From contig NW_003314287.1 of NCBI RefSeq assembly GCF_000143415.4, positions 890,203 through 954,202 of the forward strand: DNA of 64,000 bases, in the 5' to 3' direction. The notes beneath the pieces are model-generated. The model worked only from the letters and a program-made list of their open reading frames with translations. It was not told where the DNA came from and searched no databases. This document shows, piece by piece, positions 46,949 to 59,197 of the stretch. This DNA is from Selaginella moellendorffii (Eukaryota; Plantae; Lycopodiophyta). Position 1 is the first letter of the stretch. Each line of letters opens with the position of its first letter. The position numbers were made by a program, and so were the translations under genes.

Positions 46949-47117
46949 CCAGTGGAGAGCAAAAGGAGGTGAGCTTCGTCACCTTTTGCAAAAATTTTGT
47001 AGGTGTAAAGGACTCTTGGGGGAAATGGTCGTCATCTTTCTTTATATATTACATTGTCAATTCTTGTCTTTGATCAATCTAGCAAACCTATGATCATGGC
47101 TTTCACAATCTAATATA

Positions 47118-47735
47118 TCAAAACCCTTGTTCTCGCTTCCTTTTCATGAGCATGGCTTTTATCTCCCTGTGCTTTCGCAGCTTCCCTCCCTCCGTGAAGC
47201 GATTCTTACAGTCGTAGCAGCGGTACCTCTTTTGTTTCACATTGTTGTTGTTATACCCTTCGCACTTGGTGTTGAAAGACTCGCAGAAAACGCATCGAAC
47301 TGGCTGCTCGTCACTGGGCTTCATGGCAGTGGTGGTGGTGATTGGAGAACAAACCCTAACACCGCTTGGAGAAGAGGGACGAGGAGCGCTCGCCAAGGAT
47401 CTAGCCCGAGTTGTAACAGTCAGAGGTGGATTGGAAACCCTGGCTTGGGTCGCGGGAACTTGAGAAGCTGGAGCTACCGGATGATCCGGGGCGAGGGCGA
47501 GCCTCCTCGTGAACCCACGGAGATCGACGCCATAAGCTGACGTGAAAGGATCCATGGCCGCCGACGCCTCCTCCGCCACTTTGTTTTGGAGCTGCTGGAC
47601 GTAGAACTCCCTGGCCGCCATCTTTTGCTGGTAGAGCGCGAGGCCCTCCTCCTCGTCCGTGGCGTAGTAGAACGTCCGGGGCTCCCACGAATCAATCGCG
47701 CGGTAGTGGTCAAGCATGTAGTAGTCCATCGCCAT
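47118..47735 (-). CDS. Divergent Dof-like zinc-finger protein with C-terminal domain
   Basis: CVFC-x21-CYDC followed by FTEGGKLR. A TATA box at ~47764-47771 precedes ATG 47735. Confidence 0.75.
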   Translation of the reverse strand: MAMDYYMLDHYRAIDSWEPRTFYYATDEEEGLALYQQKMAAREFYVQQLQNKVAEEASAAMDPFTSAYGVDLRGFTRRLALAPDHPVAPASQVPATQARVSNPPLTVTTRARSLASAPRPSSPSGVRVCSPITTTTAMKPSDEQPVRCVFCESFNTKCEGYNNNNVKQKRYRCYDCKNRFTEGGKLRKHREIKAMLMKRKREQGF

Positions 47736-47863
47736 AAGATACCCTAAAGGCTGTGAGATAGCGTATTTATAAGGTTTGGGATGATTAATATCTTTGGACA
47801 ACGCCAGATTCTCTTAGGGCTAGCTATAAATGTGGCCGCCACCTTTTTTGGATCACCATTTGC

Positions 47864-49903
47864 ATGGAGAGGCAAGAATGTATCAGGCAATTGGAGTCAT
47901 GTACCACACTTTCTCGTGCATCCCAGCTGAGATCGCTAGTGGAGCGCACCAGCGATTCGAGAGATACGTTCGTGTGGAACAAACTCATCGAAGTTTTCGG
48001 GAGGTGCGGCGGCATCTCCCAGGCTCGAGAGGTTTTTGATTCTCTGAGGCAATGGAAGAATTGCTACTCGTGGGTTTTCATGATCTCTGCTTACTCCAGG
48101 AACGGGCTTGTGGAAGAGGCCAGGCGGACTTTCGATGAGATGCCGGAGAAGAATCTGGTCTCCTGGAACACCATCGCTGTGACTTATGCCCAAAACGGGC
48201 ATCTTGCGGATGCGAAGCGGATCTTTGATTCCATGCCGGCTAGGAATATGGTATCTTTTTCTTCGATGCTGACCGCGTTTGCTCAAAACGGGCAGCTGGA
48301 AGCCGCCCGGAGAATCTTTGACAGGATGCCCGCAAAGAATCTCATCTCCCAGACAGCGATGTTATCGGCATATGCCCAAAACGGGTCTCTCGAGCATGCA
48401 AAGCAAGTATTTGACTCGATGCCGCAGCACAATCTTGTCTCTTGGAACTCAATCCTTACCGCATTTGCACAAAACGGAAAACTAATCGATGCTCAAGATA
48501 CATTCAATCAAATGCCCGAGCAAGACTTGATTTCCTGGAACGCAATGCTAACAGCAATCGCCCAAAAGGGAAAACTGGAGGATGCCAAGAGATTCTTTGA
48601 CGAGATGGCTTGCCGCAACCTTGTATCTTGGAACTCCTTGATCTCGTCCTTCTCCCAAAATGGACACGTGGCAGAGGCCAAGAGGTTGTACGAGAATATG
48701 CCAGAGAGGGACCAAGTCTCTGCCACTGCAATGCTCACGGCATATTCCCAGCTTGGGAATCTCCGGGATGCTGAGGCAGTGTTTAGCGAGATGCAGTTCC
48801 AAAACTCCATCTCCGCCACCGCAATGCTGAATGCGTATGCCCAAAACGGGAATATCCAGGAGGCCAGAAATGTATTCGACCAGATCCCCCAAAAGAACGT
48901 CATTACCTGGAACTCTATGCTCACAGCCTATACAGAGAACGAGAATCTTGTAGAGGCAGAATGCTTGTTTGACAAAATGCCGGAGTTGGATCTTGTTTCA
49001 TGGACTACCATGCTATCGACATATGCCCAAGAAGGGCATATCCAGAAAGCTAAGCATATATTCGATAAAATGCCCGAGAAGGACAGGGTTGCATGGACAG
49101 CAATGCTGAGGACATATGCCCTGTGTGGGGATCTGGAGTATGCTAGGTGGATTTTAGAGAGTATGCCTGAGTGGGACACGGTAGCCTTGACTACCATGCT
49201 AGCTGCATATGCCCAAAGTGATCACTTAGAACAAGCAGAATGTTTGTACGCAAGGGTTGACGAAAAGAATCCGGTGCTACAAACTGCAATGCTAAGTGCG
49301 TACAATATCAATGGAAACTTGATCGAGGCAAAGAGTGTGTTTGATGAAATGGGTCAGAGGAGTATGGTCTCGTGGAACTCGATGCTCTCGGCATATGCCC
49401 AGCACGGGAATGTCAAAGCTGCGAAACGAATCTTTGATGAGATACACGAGAGGAGTGCCGTGACATGGATTGCTATGATGTCGGCATATGCGCAGAATGG
49501 GCATTTCCGAGAAGCCCTGTTCTTGTTCCGCGAGATGAATAGCTTCCAGATCTTCCTCGACGATGTTTGCTTCATCTGTGCGTTGCACGCTTGCAATCAC
49601 GTCGGCAAGACGAACGCCGCCAAGTCGTGCTTCGTTTCGATGAGCTTCGACTTTGGTGTCTCTCCGACGAAGCGCCACTACTGCTGCCTCGCGGATCTCA
49701 TCGCCCGCGCGGGCCACCTCCGCGACGCCGAAGATCTCGTGCTAAACATGCCATTCGTGCCGGATAAGTCCGACTGGAGATCTCTCCTGGGCGCTTCCAA
49801 GTCTCACAGTAGCGCCAAGCTTGGAGCTCGAGCGGCGCATCGAGTGCTTGATATGGATCCCTGCGACGCGCCCTCTTACGTCCTCCTTTCGACCATAAGC
49901 TAG
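47864..49903 (+). CDS. PPR protein with a long run of 31-aa (SS-type) motifs and E domain
   Basis: Repeats of VSWN.ML.AYAQNG...A...FD.MP; HYCCLADLIARAG...MPFVPD...W.SLL; no DYW. Confidence 0.96.
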   Translation: MERQECIRQLESCTTLSRASQLRSLVERTSDSRDTFVWNKLIEVFGRCGGISQAREVFDSLRQWKNCYSWVFMISAYSRNGLVEEARRTFDEMPEKNLVSWNTIAVTYAQNGHLADAKRIFDSMPARNMVSFSSMLTAFAQNGQLEAARRIFDRMPAKNLISQTAMLSAYAQNGSLEHAKQVFDSMPQHNLVSWNSILTAFAQNGKLIDAQDTFNQMPEQDLISWNAMLTAIAQKGKLEDAKRFFDEMACRNLVSWNSLISSFSQNGHVAEAKRLYENMPERDQVSATAMLTAYSQLGNLRDAEAVFSEMQFQNSISATAMLNAYAQNGNIQEARNVFDQIPQKNVITWNSMLTAYTENENLVEAECLFDKMPELDLVSWTTMLSTYAQEGHIQKAKHIFDKMPEKDRVAWTAMLRTYALCGDLEYARWILESMPEWDTVALTTMLAAYAQSDHLEQAECLYARVDEKNPVLQTAMLSAYNINGNLIEAKSVFDEMGQRSMVSWNSMLSAYAQHGNVKAAKRIFDEIHERSAVTWIAMMSAYAQNGHFREALFLFREMNSFQIFLDDVCFICALHACNHVGKTNAAKSCFVSMSFDFGVSPTKRHYCCLADLIARAGHLRDAEDLVLNMPFVPDKSDWRSLLGASKSHSSAKLGARAAHRVLDMDPCDAPSYVLLSTIS

Positions 49904-49908
49904 AAACT

Positions 49909-50003
49909 TCGCCAAAGCACAATGCTCCAATCCAATTCGATGCAAGCGCAGATCCAGAACGATCCAGCATTCTATGCTCAAGAATTGTAGGATCTCGCCC
50001 ATG
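49909..50003 (+). pseudogene. Truncated duplicate of the 5' end of the PPR gene at 51109
   Basis: TCGCCAAAG...TCCAATCCAATT.GATGCAAGCGCA..TCCA.AACGATCCAGCAT...GGATCTCGCCCATG matches ~51081-51184 with small deletions. Confidence 0.88.
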
Positions 50004-51108
50004 AGACACGACCATTTTAGTCTTCGGAAGCAGTGGATTGAGGAAGAAACAAAAGCAACTGTTGAGCTCAGTCAATGGTCTCTACAAAGTTGGCAGTAGA
50101 GTTTCTTACATAGTCTTCCGTGGGTACAGGCTCGCAATTGGTGTCTACCTCTCCACTATGATACGCAAGAGGATGAGGTTCTGGAGCTTGTCACCATTTC
50201 GAAGAGCCTCGATGAATCTGAGGCCTGTTGCTCGTTTGACGGGAAGAGTTTTGCCAGTGTCTCTAGCCTACGCGACGCTATCTGATGCAAAATAACAGGT
50301 CCGATGCTATGGCTTGAAGAAAGGGAACGTAGACGAGTTTCTCTTGCTCTGCCCGTTTTGGAAGTTGAAAGTGGGCAAGGCCTCAACACTGTGATCCTAG
50401 CGTTCGAGATTGGGGAGAGACACGAGGAGCCGGGGTGGCGCAAACTTGGTGGAGTTCTAGGTTTGATGCCGCAAATCCTTGAAGTGGTTCTTTTCACTCG
50501 CCAAGGGACGCGGAAATGCAATGACCCTGACTTTGAGCTGTTGAGTGGCTTTCGGATGGGAATTCTGGCCAACACTCCGAAGTAAGTGTTGCCATCTTTG
50601 CCTCAAGTTTACCTCACTTGTTTCTAGAGATGATCTCTGGGCAAAATAAAGAATCATCAATTGACATAAAATTTATTTTTATCATTATTATTTTTAATGA
50701 TAAGATAAAATAAGCATTCTTGTAGAAGACCATATACCGCCTGCTACTTTCACCGTGATCCAGTTGGAGAAACTGAAACAGTGTGTAGCTTTCGTACCCC
50801 AGTAGATTCTCTCTTTTGCTTACTTCACATCTTTCTTTTGTTTGAATAATCCAGTGCTTAAAGTATCCTGATAAGAGCGATTCATTACTTCGAGAGGTCA
50901 AAGCCACGCTAATGGTAGAAGATGGATGAATCACAGATGGTAGATATGTCCAATTGCCGAGAATGCTTAATATCATACAGGCGATGGATCGATTGACAAG
51001 GGTACGGGAATGCCAATCTTTTATCTTTAGAGAGAATGGAGAAGATTTTATTTTGTAGCACTATATAATTCCAAAGATGATCGCCAAAGAACTGTCTTCC
51101 AATCCAAT

Positions 51109-52890
51109 TTGATGCAAGCGCAAGTCCAAAACGATCCAGCATCCTATGCTCGAGCTCTCAAGAACTGTAAGGATCTCGCCCATGGCAGAGCCCTCCACAC
51201 GCAAATCCTCGCCAGCGCGCACCGGGAGAGCGTCTTCTTGGGCAACCACCTTGTGGAGATGTACGGAGAATGTGGCAGCGTTGTGGACGCGCGAAGTGTC
51301 TTCGATGAGATCCAGCCGCCCAATGTGCACACGTGGACGATCATGCTCAAGGCGTATGCCCGCAATGGGCACCTGGCCCAGGCCAAATCCCTCTTCGACG
51401 ATATGCCCGTACGGAATGTTGTGTCCTGGACGTCCATGCTGGCGGCGTACGTGCAGGGTGGCCAAATTGACGACGCGAGACGAATATTCGACTCCATTGC
51501 CAGAAAGAATGTTGTGACTTGGAATGTTATGTTATCAGCATATGCCGTTGAGGGGCATTTTTGCGAAGCGAAAGAATTGTTTGACCAAATCAAGGACAAA
51601 AACGTGGTTACTTGGACTATTATGTTGTCAGCTTACATACACTGTCAGCCATTGGGTGATGCGAGAATATTCTTTTGTTCCATGCCCAAGCGCAATGTGG
51701 TGTCTTGGAACTCGATGCTTAGTGCATATGCCCGTAATGGGGATTTAGAAGAGTTAAGACTTCTGTTTAAGGAAATGCCTCACCGCGATGACGTATCGTG
51801 GAATATTTTGCTTAAAACGTACTGTTTGCGTGGTGATTTGCATGAGGCTAAGAAATGTTTCGATAAAATGCCGAGAAGAGACGTGGTGTCTTGGACTACC
51901 TTACTTGCAGCATATGCCCGCCAGGGGCATATGCTGGAAGCGTTAGAAATGTTTGAAAAGATGCCACTTCGCGATACAGCGGCATGGAACTGCATGATAA
52001 ACCTTTGTGTTGAGAATAAATTTCTACCGCGTGCAAGATCTATCTTTGAGAAGATGGAAAGACGAGATCTCGTTTCGTGGAAGACGATGATCGGAGCTTA
52101 CACTGCGAGTGGCAATCTCGACCAAGCGAAGGATCTCCTGGATCAAAACCCATTCCAGGACGTGGTTTCGTGGACCTCTTTGATCTCGGCCTGGTCCCAG
52201 AGGGGCGATGCTACATCGGCGTTTAGAATCTTTCAAGGAATGACTATGGAGGGAGTGACGCCCAACGCGATCACCTTCTTGGTCGTGATCGATGCCTGTG
52301 CCGGGAGCGCCGATCTCGCCAGAGGCCGAGTAGTCCACCAGATCATCCTGGAGGAGCAGCCCAGCATCGTGCTCCACGATATCGCGCTGGGGAACTCGCT
52401 GCTCAATCTCTACAGCAAATCCGGGAGCGCGGACGATGCGAGGGAGATCTTCGAGCGCATGAAGCAGCGCGATGAGATCAGCTGGAACTCGATGGTCGCG
52501 GCGTATGCTCGATCGAAGAAACCATCGCTGGCCATGGAGGTCTTCCGCACCATGAATCTGGAAGGCATCGCAGTGACCGAGGCGACGCTAATTCACATCA
52601 TGGCGATGTCCAGCCATGCCGGATCTCTGATCAGCGCGAGGGATTGCTTTGTTTCCACGTCCCAGGATTTTGGAATCGATCACAAGCTGGATCACTACAG
52701 CTGCATGGTGGATCATTTGAGCCGAGCTGGGAAATCTCGCGAGGCGGAGGAGCTGCTAAGATCCATGCCATTCGAGCCCGATTTGATCGCATGGAAATCT
52801 CTCTTGGGCGCTCGAGAGGATAATTTACAGCGGGTAGATTCTAAAACTTCCTATGTTCTAGTCAGTAATAACTTCTACATTTTCACTTGA
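51109..52890 (+). CDS. PPR protein (SS-rich PLS class) with truncated E domain
   Basis: 593-aa intronless ORF; NVVSWTSMLAAY repeats; HYSCMVDHLSRAG...MPFEPD..AWKSLL. First ATG at 51112. Confidence 0.95.
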   Translation: MMQAQVQNDPASYARALKNCKDLAHGRALHTQILASAHRESVFLGNHLVEMYGECGSVVDARSVFDEIQPPNVHTWTIMLKAYARNGHLAQAKSLFDDMPVRNVVSWTSMLAAYVQGGQIDDARRIFDSIARKNVVTWNVMLSAYAVEGHFCEAKELFDQIKDKNVVTWTIMLSAYIHCQPLGDARIFFCSMPKRNVVSWNSMLSAYARNGDLEELRLLFKEMPHRDDVSWNILLKTYCLRGDLHEAKKCFDKMPRRDVVSWTTLLAAYARQGHMLEALEMFEKMPLRDTAAWNCMINLCVENKFLPRARSIFEKMERRDLVSWKTMIGAYTASGNLDQAKDLLDQNPFQDVVSWTSLISAWSQRGDATSAFRIFQGMTMEGVTPNAITFLVVIDACAGSADLARGRVVHQIILEEQPSIVLHDIALGNSLLNLYSKSGSADDAREIFERMKQRDEISWNSMVAAYARSKKPSLAMEVFRTMNLEGIAVTEATLIHIMAMSSHAGSLISARDCFVSTSQDFGIDHKLDHYSCMVDHLSRAGKSREAEELLRSMPFEPDLIAWKSLLGAREDNLQRVDSKTSYVLVSNNFYIFT

Positions 52891-52936
52891 GCCACTCTAT
52901 ATAAGCGATTTTAGGGCTCGTCACTAGGTCAAGCCA

Positions 52937-53767
52937 ATGGAGAGCTTGGTGGGAGTGGGGCAAAGCATTGGTGGTCGCGATTACATGGAGGACTATTGTA
53001 GCTATCTGGATCTAGAGCATAGTCTCCTGGCCGGGGTGTTTGATGGGCACGGCGGCGATCAAATCGCAAGGTTTTGCTCGGAGAATTTCCTCCCTCACGT
53101 AGCTGGGAAGCTGGAGGAAATGGGCGAGGACGATCACTGCTATCGCGAGGCTTTGCACGACGCGTTCCTGGAGATGGACGATAAGTGTTTGAAGGAGTGT
53201 GAGTACACCAAGTTGGACGACAAAGGCTATGAGATCGTGTCCGGCAGCACGGCGGTGGTGGCACTCGTCCAGCCTCGGGAAAAAATCCTCACGGTCGCAA
53301 GCGTCGGAGACTCGCGGGCGATCCTCTCCTGGAACAAGATGGCGGTGGATCTGGCCATCGCTCACGAGCCCGAGATCCCCGAGGAGCAGTCCAGGATCGA
53401 GGCCGCGGGGGGGAAAATCCAGCCCAACGGCAGCGTCACGGGCAAGGACGAGCGGGGAATGCTGGCGATGTCGCGATCGATCGGCGACTTCGATTTCAAG
53501 CTGGATCCGGAGCTGGCGCTGGACGAGCAGATCGTGATCGCGGTGCCCGAGGTTGTGGAGGAGGAGCTCAAGGGCGACGAGGATTTCCTGGTGCTATCGT
53601 CGGATGGGATCTGGATGGACAGCCAGCAGGTCGTGGATCTGGTGGGAGGGATGATGGGGAGAAAGGTTCCACTGGGCGAGATATGCCAGAAGCTCATCGA
53701 GAAGGCTGATTCTGACGACAACATGACGGTGGTCATTGTAGATCTCGCGAAACTGAAACAAAGGTGA
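52937..53767 (+). CDS. Protein phosphatase 2C, intronless minimal catalytic domain
   Basis: GGRDYMED; FDGHGG; GSTA; SVGDSRA; SRSIGD; SSDGIW; DDNMTV. Confidence 0.95.
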   Translation: MESLVGVGQSIGGRDYMEDYCSYLDLEHSLLAGVFDGHGGDQIARFCSENFLPHVAGKLEEMGEDDHCYREALHDAFLEMDDKCLKECEYTKLDDKGYEIVSGSTAVVALVQPREKILTVASVGDSRAILSWNKMAVDLAIAHEPEIPEEQSRIEAAGGKIQPNGSVTGKDERGMLAMSRSIGDFDFKLDPELALDEQIVIAVPEVVEEELKGDEDFLVLSSDGIWMDSQQVVDLVGGMMGRKVPLGEICQKLIEKADSDDNMTVVIVDLAKLKQR

Positions 53768-54031
53768 GATGAATTGGAGAGAGAGAGCATTTCTAAGAAC
53801 CCTAATCTGCCCTAAAATGTTAAACAAAGATTTACTTTACTTTTTTAATCTTTTATGTGCTCTAAAATGTACCAGCTTACATTGAAGGGCTTAGGGTTTT
53901 TCAAAAAAGTAGTTAATTTTAAAGAACCCTAAACCAGTTACGTTAATTTACTTTACTTTTGGCAAAGGCAGGCAACAAGATTGTGTTTGAGTGAAACGAA
54001 GAAAGACGAAGAACAAGGAAGGCACAGAGGC

Positions 54032-54759
54032 ATGAGCCGCGCATACCTGGCTTTATTCTTCCTTGCGCGCCTCTTGCTCGAGATCCGCAATGCCGAATCG
54101 CAGTGCGCCGAGCTCCAGAAATACGTCGAGCTCTCGCAGGCCTGCGACTTCTACTTCGATGGCTACCACCATCTTCCTCCCATCCTGGAGCTCAAGAACA
54201 ACGAGAGTCTCACGCCTTCCATCTCCACCAGGTAAAGAGCTCTCTCTCACCTCCAAGAGCTCACGCAGCGTGATTTCTTTCCTCCAGGGACGGGAAGAAA
54301 GTGCTGAGGATCGGGGAGATCGCGCGCTGCAAAGCTTATTTCGCTGCGTCCTTCACGTTCGTCGGCGTTGGAGGAACTGGAGACTGTCACAACCAGTTTA
54401 GGATCAACAAGAACAATCAAGTAGAGCTGGCTCACTTTGGTCAGCAGCAGGGAGCTCTCGTCGATCCGTTGCAAGCCAGTGCCATTATCCTGTTCCTGGA
54501 TCAGCTGGAGCTCGAGGATGGGACCTGCTTAACCGATGGAGATCACGACACCAAGTACATCGAGAGCCGGAGGTGTGTCTCGTTTCTTACCATGCCTCAC
54601 CTCCACGCCGAGGTCGCAGCTCCAGTGGTGGTGATGAAGGAGTTCGTGCTCTTTCGCGAGAAGATCATGCTCGAGTTTATCCAGACGATGAGGAAGATCC
54701 AAATGAACCTGAGGCAGATGATCCAGGAGCGCCTTCTTCAGCAGTTGCCGACGTATTGA
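54032..54759 (+). CDS. Secreted protein of unknown family (~223 aa)
   Basis: TATA not evident. Signal peptide MSRAYLALFFLARLLLEIRNAES; intron 54232-54287 joins the two ORF pieces in frame; six Cys. Confidence 0.75.
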
Positions 54760-55057
54760 AGGCTCGAGGTCGTGGTATCCATCGGACCGGTCTTTTGTTG
54801 TTATTCTACCACCGGCCTGAAACGACAAGATAATTCTTAAGAAACAGAACAAAAAGAATAAACCATACTCTCTCGGTCGGCTGTCCTTTAGGAGATTATC
54901 GCGTTTGACGTTGGAAGTCGCATCTTTGCTACAAGCGAGACAAGTGAAACACGCAATGCTGCCGGCCTGAAAAATAAAAATCAAGTGCAGTCTCGTTCCT
55001 GTTCATTAAGGTCCTCTATAAGTTGCAGAAAGAAATTCCGAAATCAATCACCTGGCA

Positions 55058-57882
<2,825 letters not shown>

Positions 57883-58399
57883 ACCGAGCCGCAAGAGGAG
57901 TCACAAGTCCCGGAGGCTAAGGTTTATAAGAACAAAAACTAGCACACTTCATGATATTTCTCGAAAAAAATTCACTGTTCTCGAATAGAACAACACAACG
58001 AAGCTTCATAAGCCAGCGATAGATGATCTAATTCATATCTACACAGGAAATCACTCGAAATTTGCACTTAGCAAAGAGGACAAAGACTTCACGAGAATGC
58101 CTGACAACGAAGCGATCTATCTAAGGATAGCACGATCGACACAATCACAGCAAAGAGAGCAGTATCGAGGCCAAAATCACACAAAAGACGCATTGGTGCC
58201 TGCATTCCTACGCGATCTTACCGGGCCGCGCATTCTCCCGCCTATAACCCATCCAAGAACCCTAGGATCTAAACCTTTGAATCGTTTTTATTGTTACTAT
58301 TAACATGGGAAGAATACAAACTATCTTATAATCGTGCTACTGTCAAATGGATACATTTATGTACATTTGCCAAAGAATATGGTACTCTTTTCTCGTCAC

Positions 58400-58651
58400 T
58401 CACGAGCATTGCCAAGCTTCTTTCTTGAGTGTGAGTTTCGCGAATCCAGCGTTGAGTAGAACACATCGTTGCTGTTGCTGTTGCTGCTGATGCTGGTAAT
58501 AAGCCGCTGCCATTCTCTGGACTATCGACGCTTGCTGGTGGAGACCGCAGCTCATCGTCACCGGCTGGGAAGCCATCACCGGACCACACGAGGCCATGTA
58601 AAATCCTCCGCTTCCATTCTGGGTTCCAGCAGCTTCGCTCGCTCGATCCAT
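58400..58651 (-). CDS. Possible 83-aa poly-Q microprotein
   Basis: ATG ORF with a CAG tract, preceded by a TTTGCAG acceptor (~58690) and several GTAA donors on the same strand. It could instead be spliced 3' UTR of the SAMHD1-like gene. Confidence 0.3.
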   Translation of the reverse strand: MDRASEAAGTQNGSGGFYMASCGPVMASQPVTMSCGLHQQASIVQRMAAAYYQHQQQQQQQRCVLLNAGFAKLTLKKEAWQCS

Positions 58652-59197
58652 AGCTGCGAATATCAGCTTCGTTGGTCGATGCTTCTCCCTGCAAAGATCG
58701 ATCGAATTACCTTGAGACTCTCGTTATATCATCCACTTAAGAGCTTTCGGCCTGCCGGTTCTCGGCCTTCCACAAACTTTCTGAAACAAAGAATCATATT
58801 AGAAGCTGCGCATAGTGAAGTTACCGACCTTTGAGCAGGAGAGTAGAGCAGAAACTAGTAAAGCTACAGACCTCTTCTCTAGATTTTGAGAGCTGGATTT
58901 TGCGGTTCTTGGCGTCCAGTCCAGCTACTTAAGGGGACAGCCGAAGGACGTAGACAAATTTCCTAGCATCGCTGTTCCACCTGCGCCAGCTTACCTTCAG
59001 TTACTCCGTCTCACACCAGCCATCGATACTCTGTCTCACGGCATGTTATGTCGAAATGGAAAAGTCCAGAGCAAGAGTACGACACCATGTCAGAAAAACA
59101 AAACATCAAAAAACTCCAGCGGGGAAGTTACCTATAAGAAGTGGAAATTCCTCACTGAAGCTATCCATTGGATTCGATACCTCGACAAATGATGCTT

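Noticed and set aside
58469-58834. Plus-strand ORF with a Leu-rich signal-like start
   Set aside because: The Leu run is the antisense of a CAG tract; an in-frame stop precedes it and no ATG lies ahead of the hydrophobic stretch.
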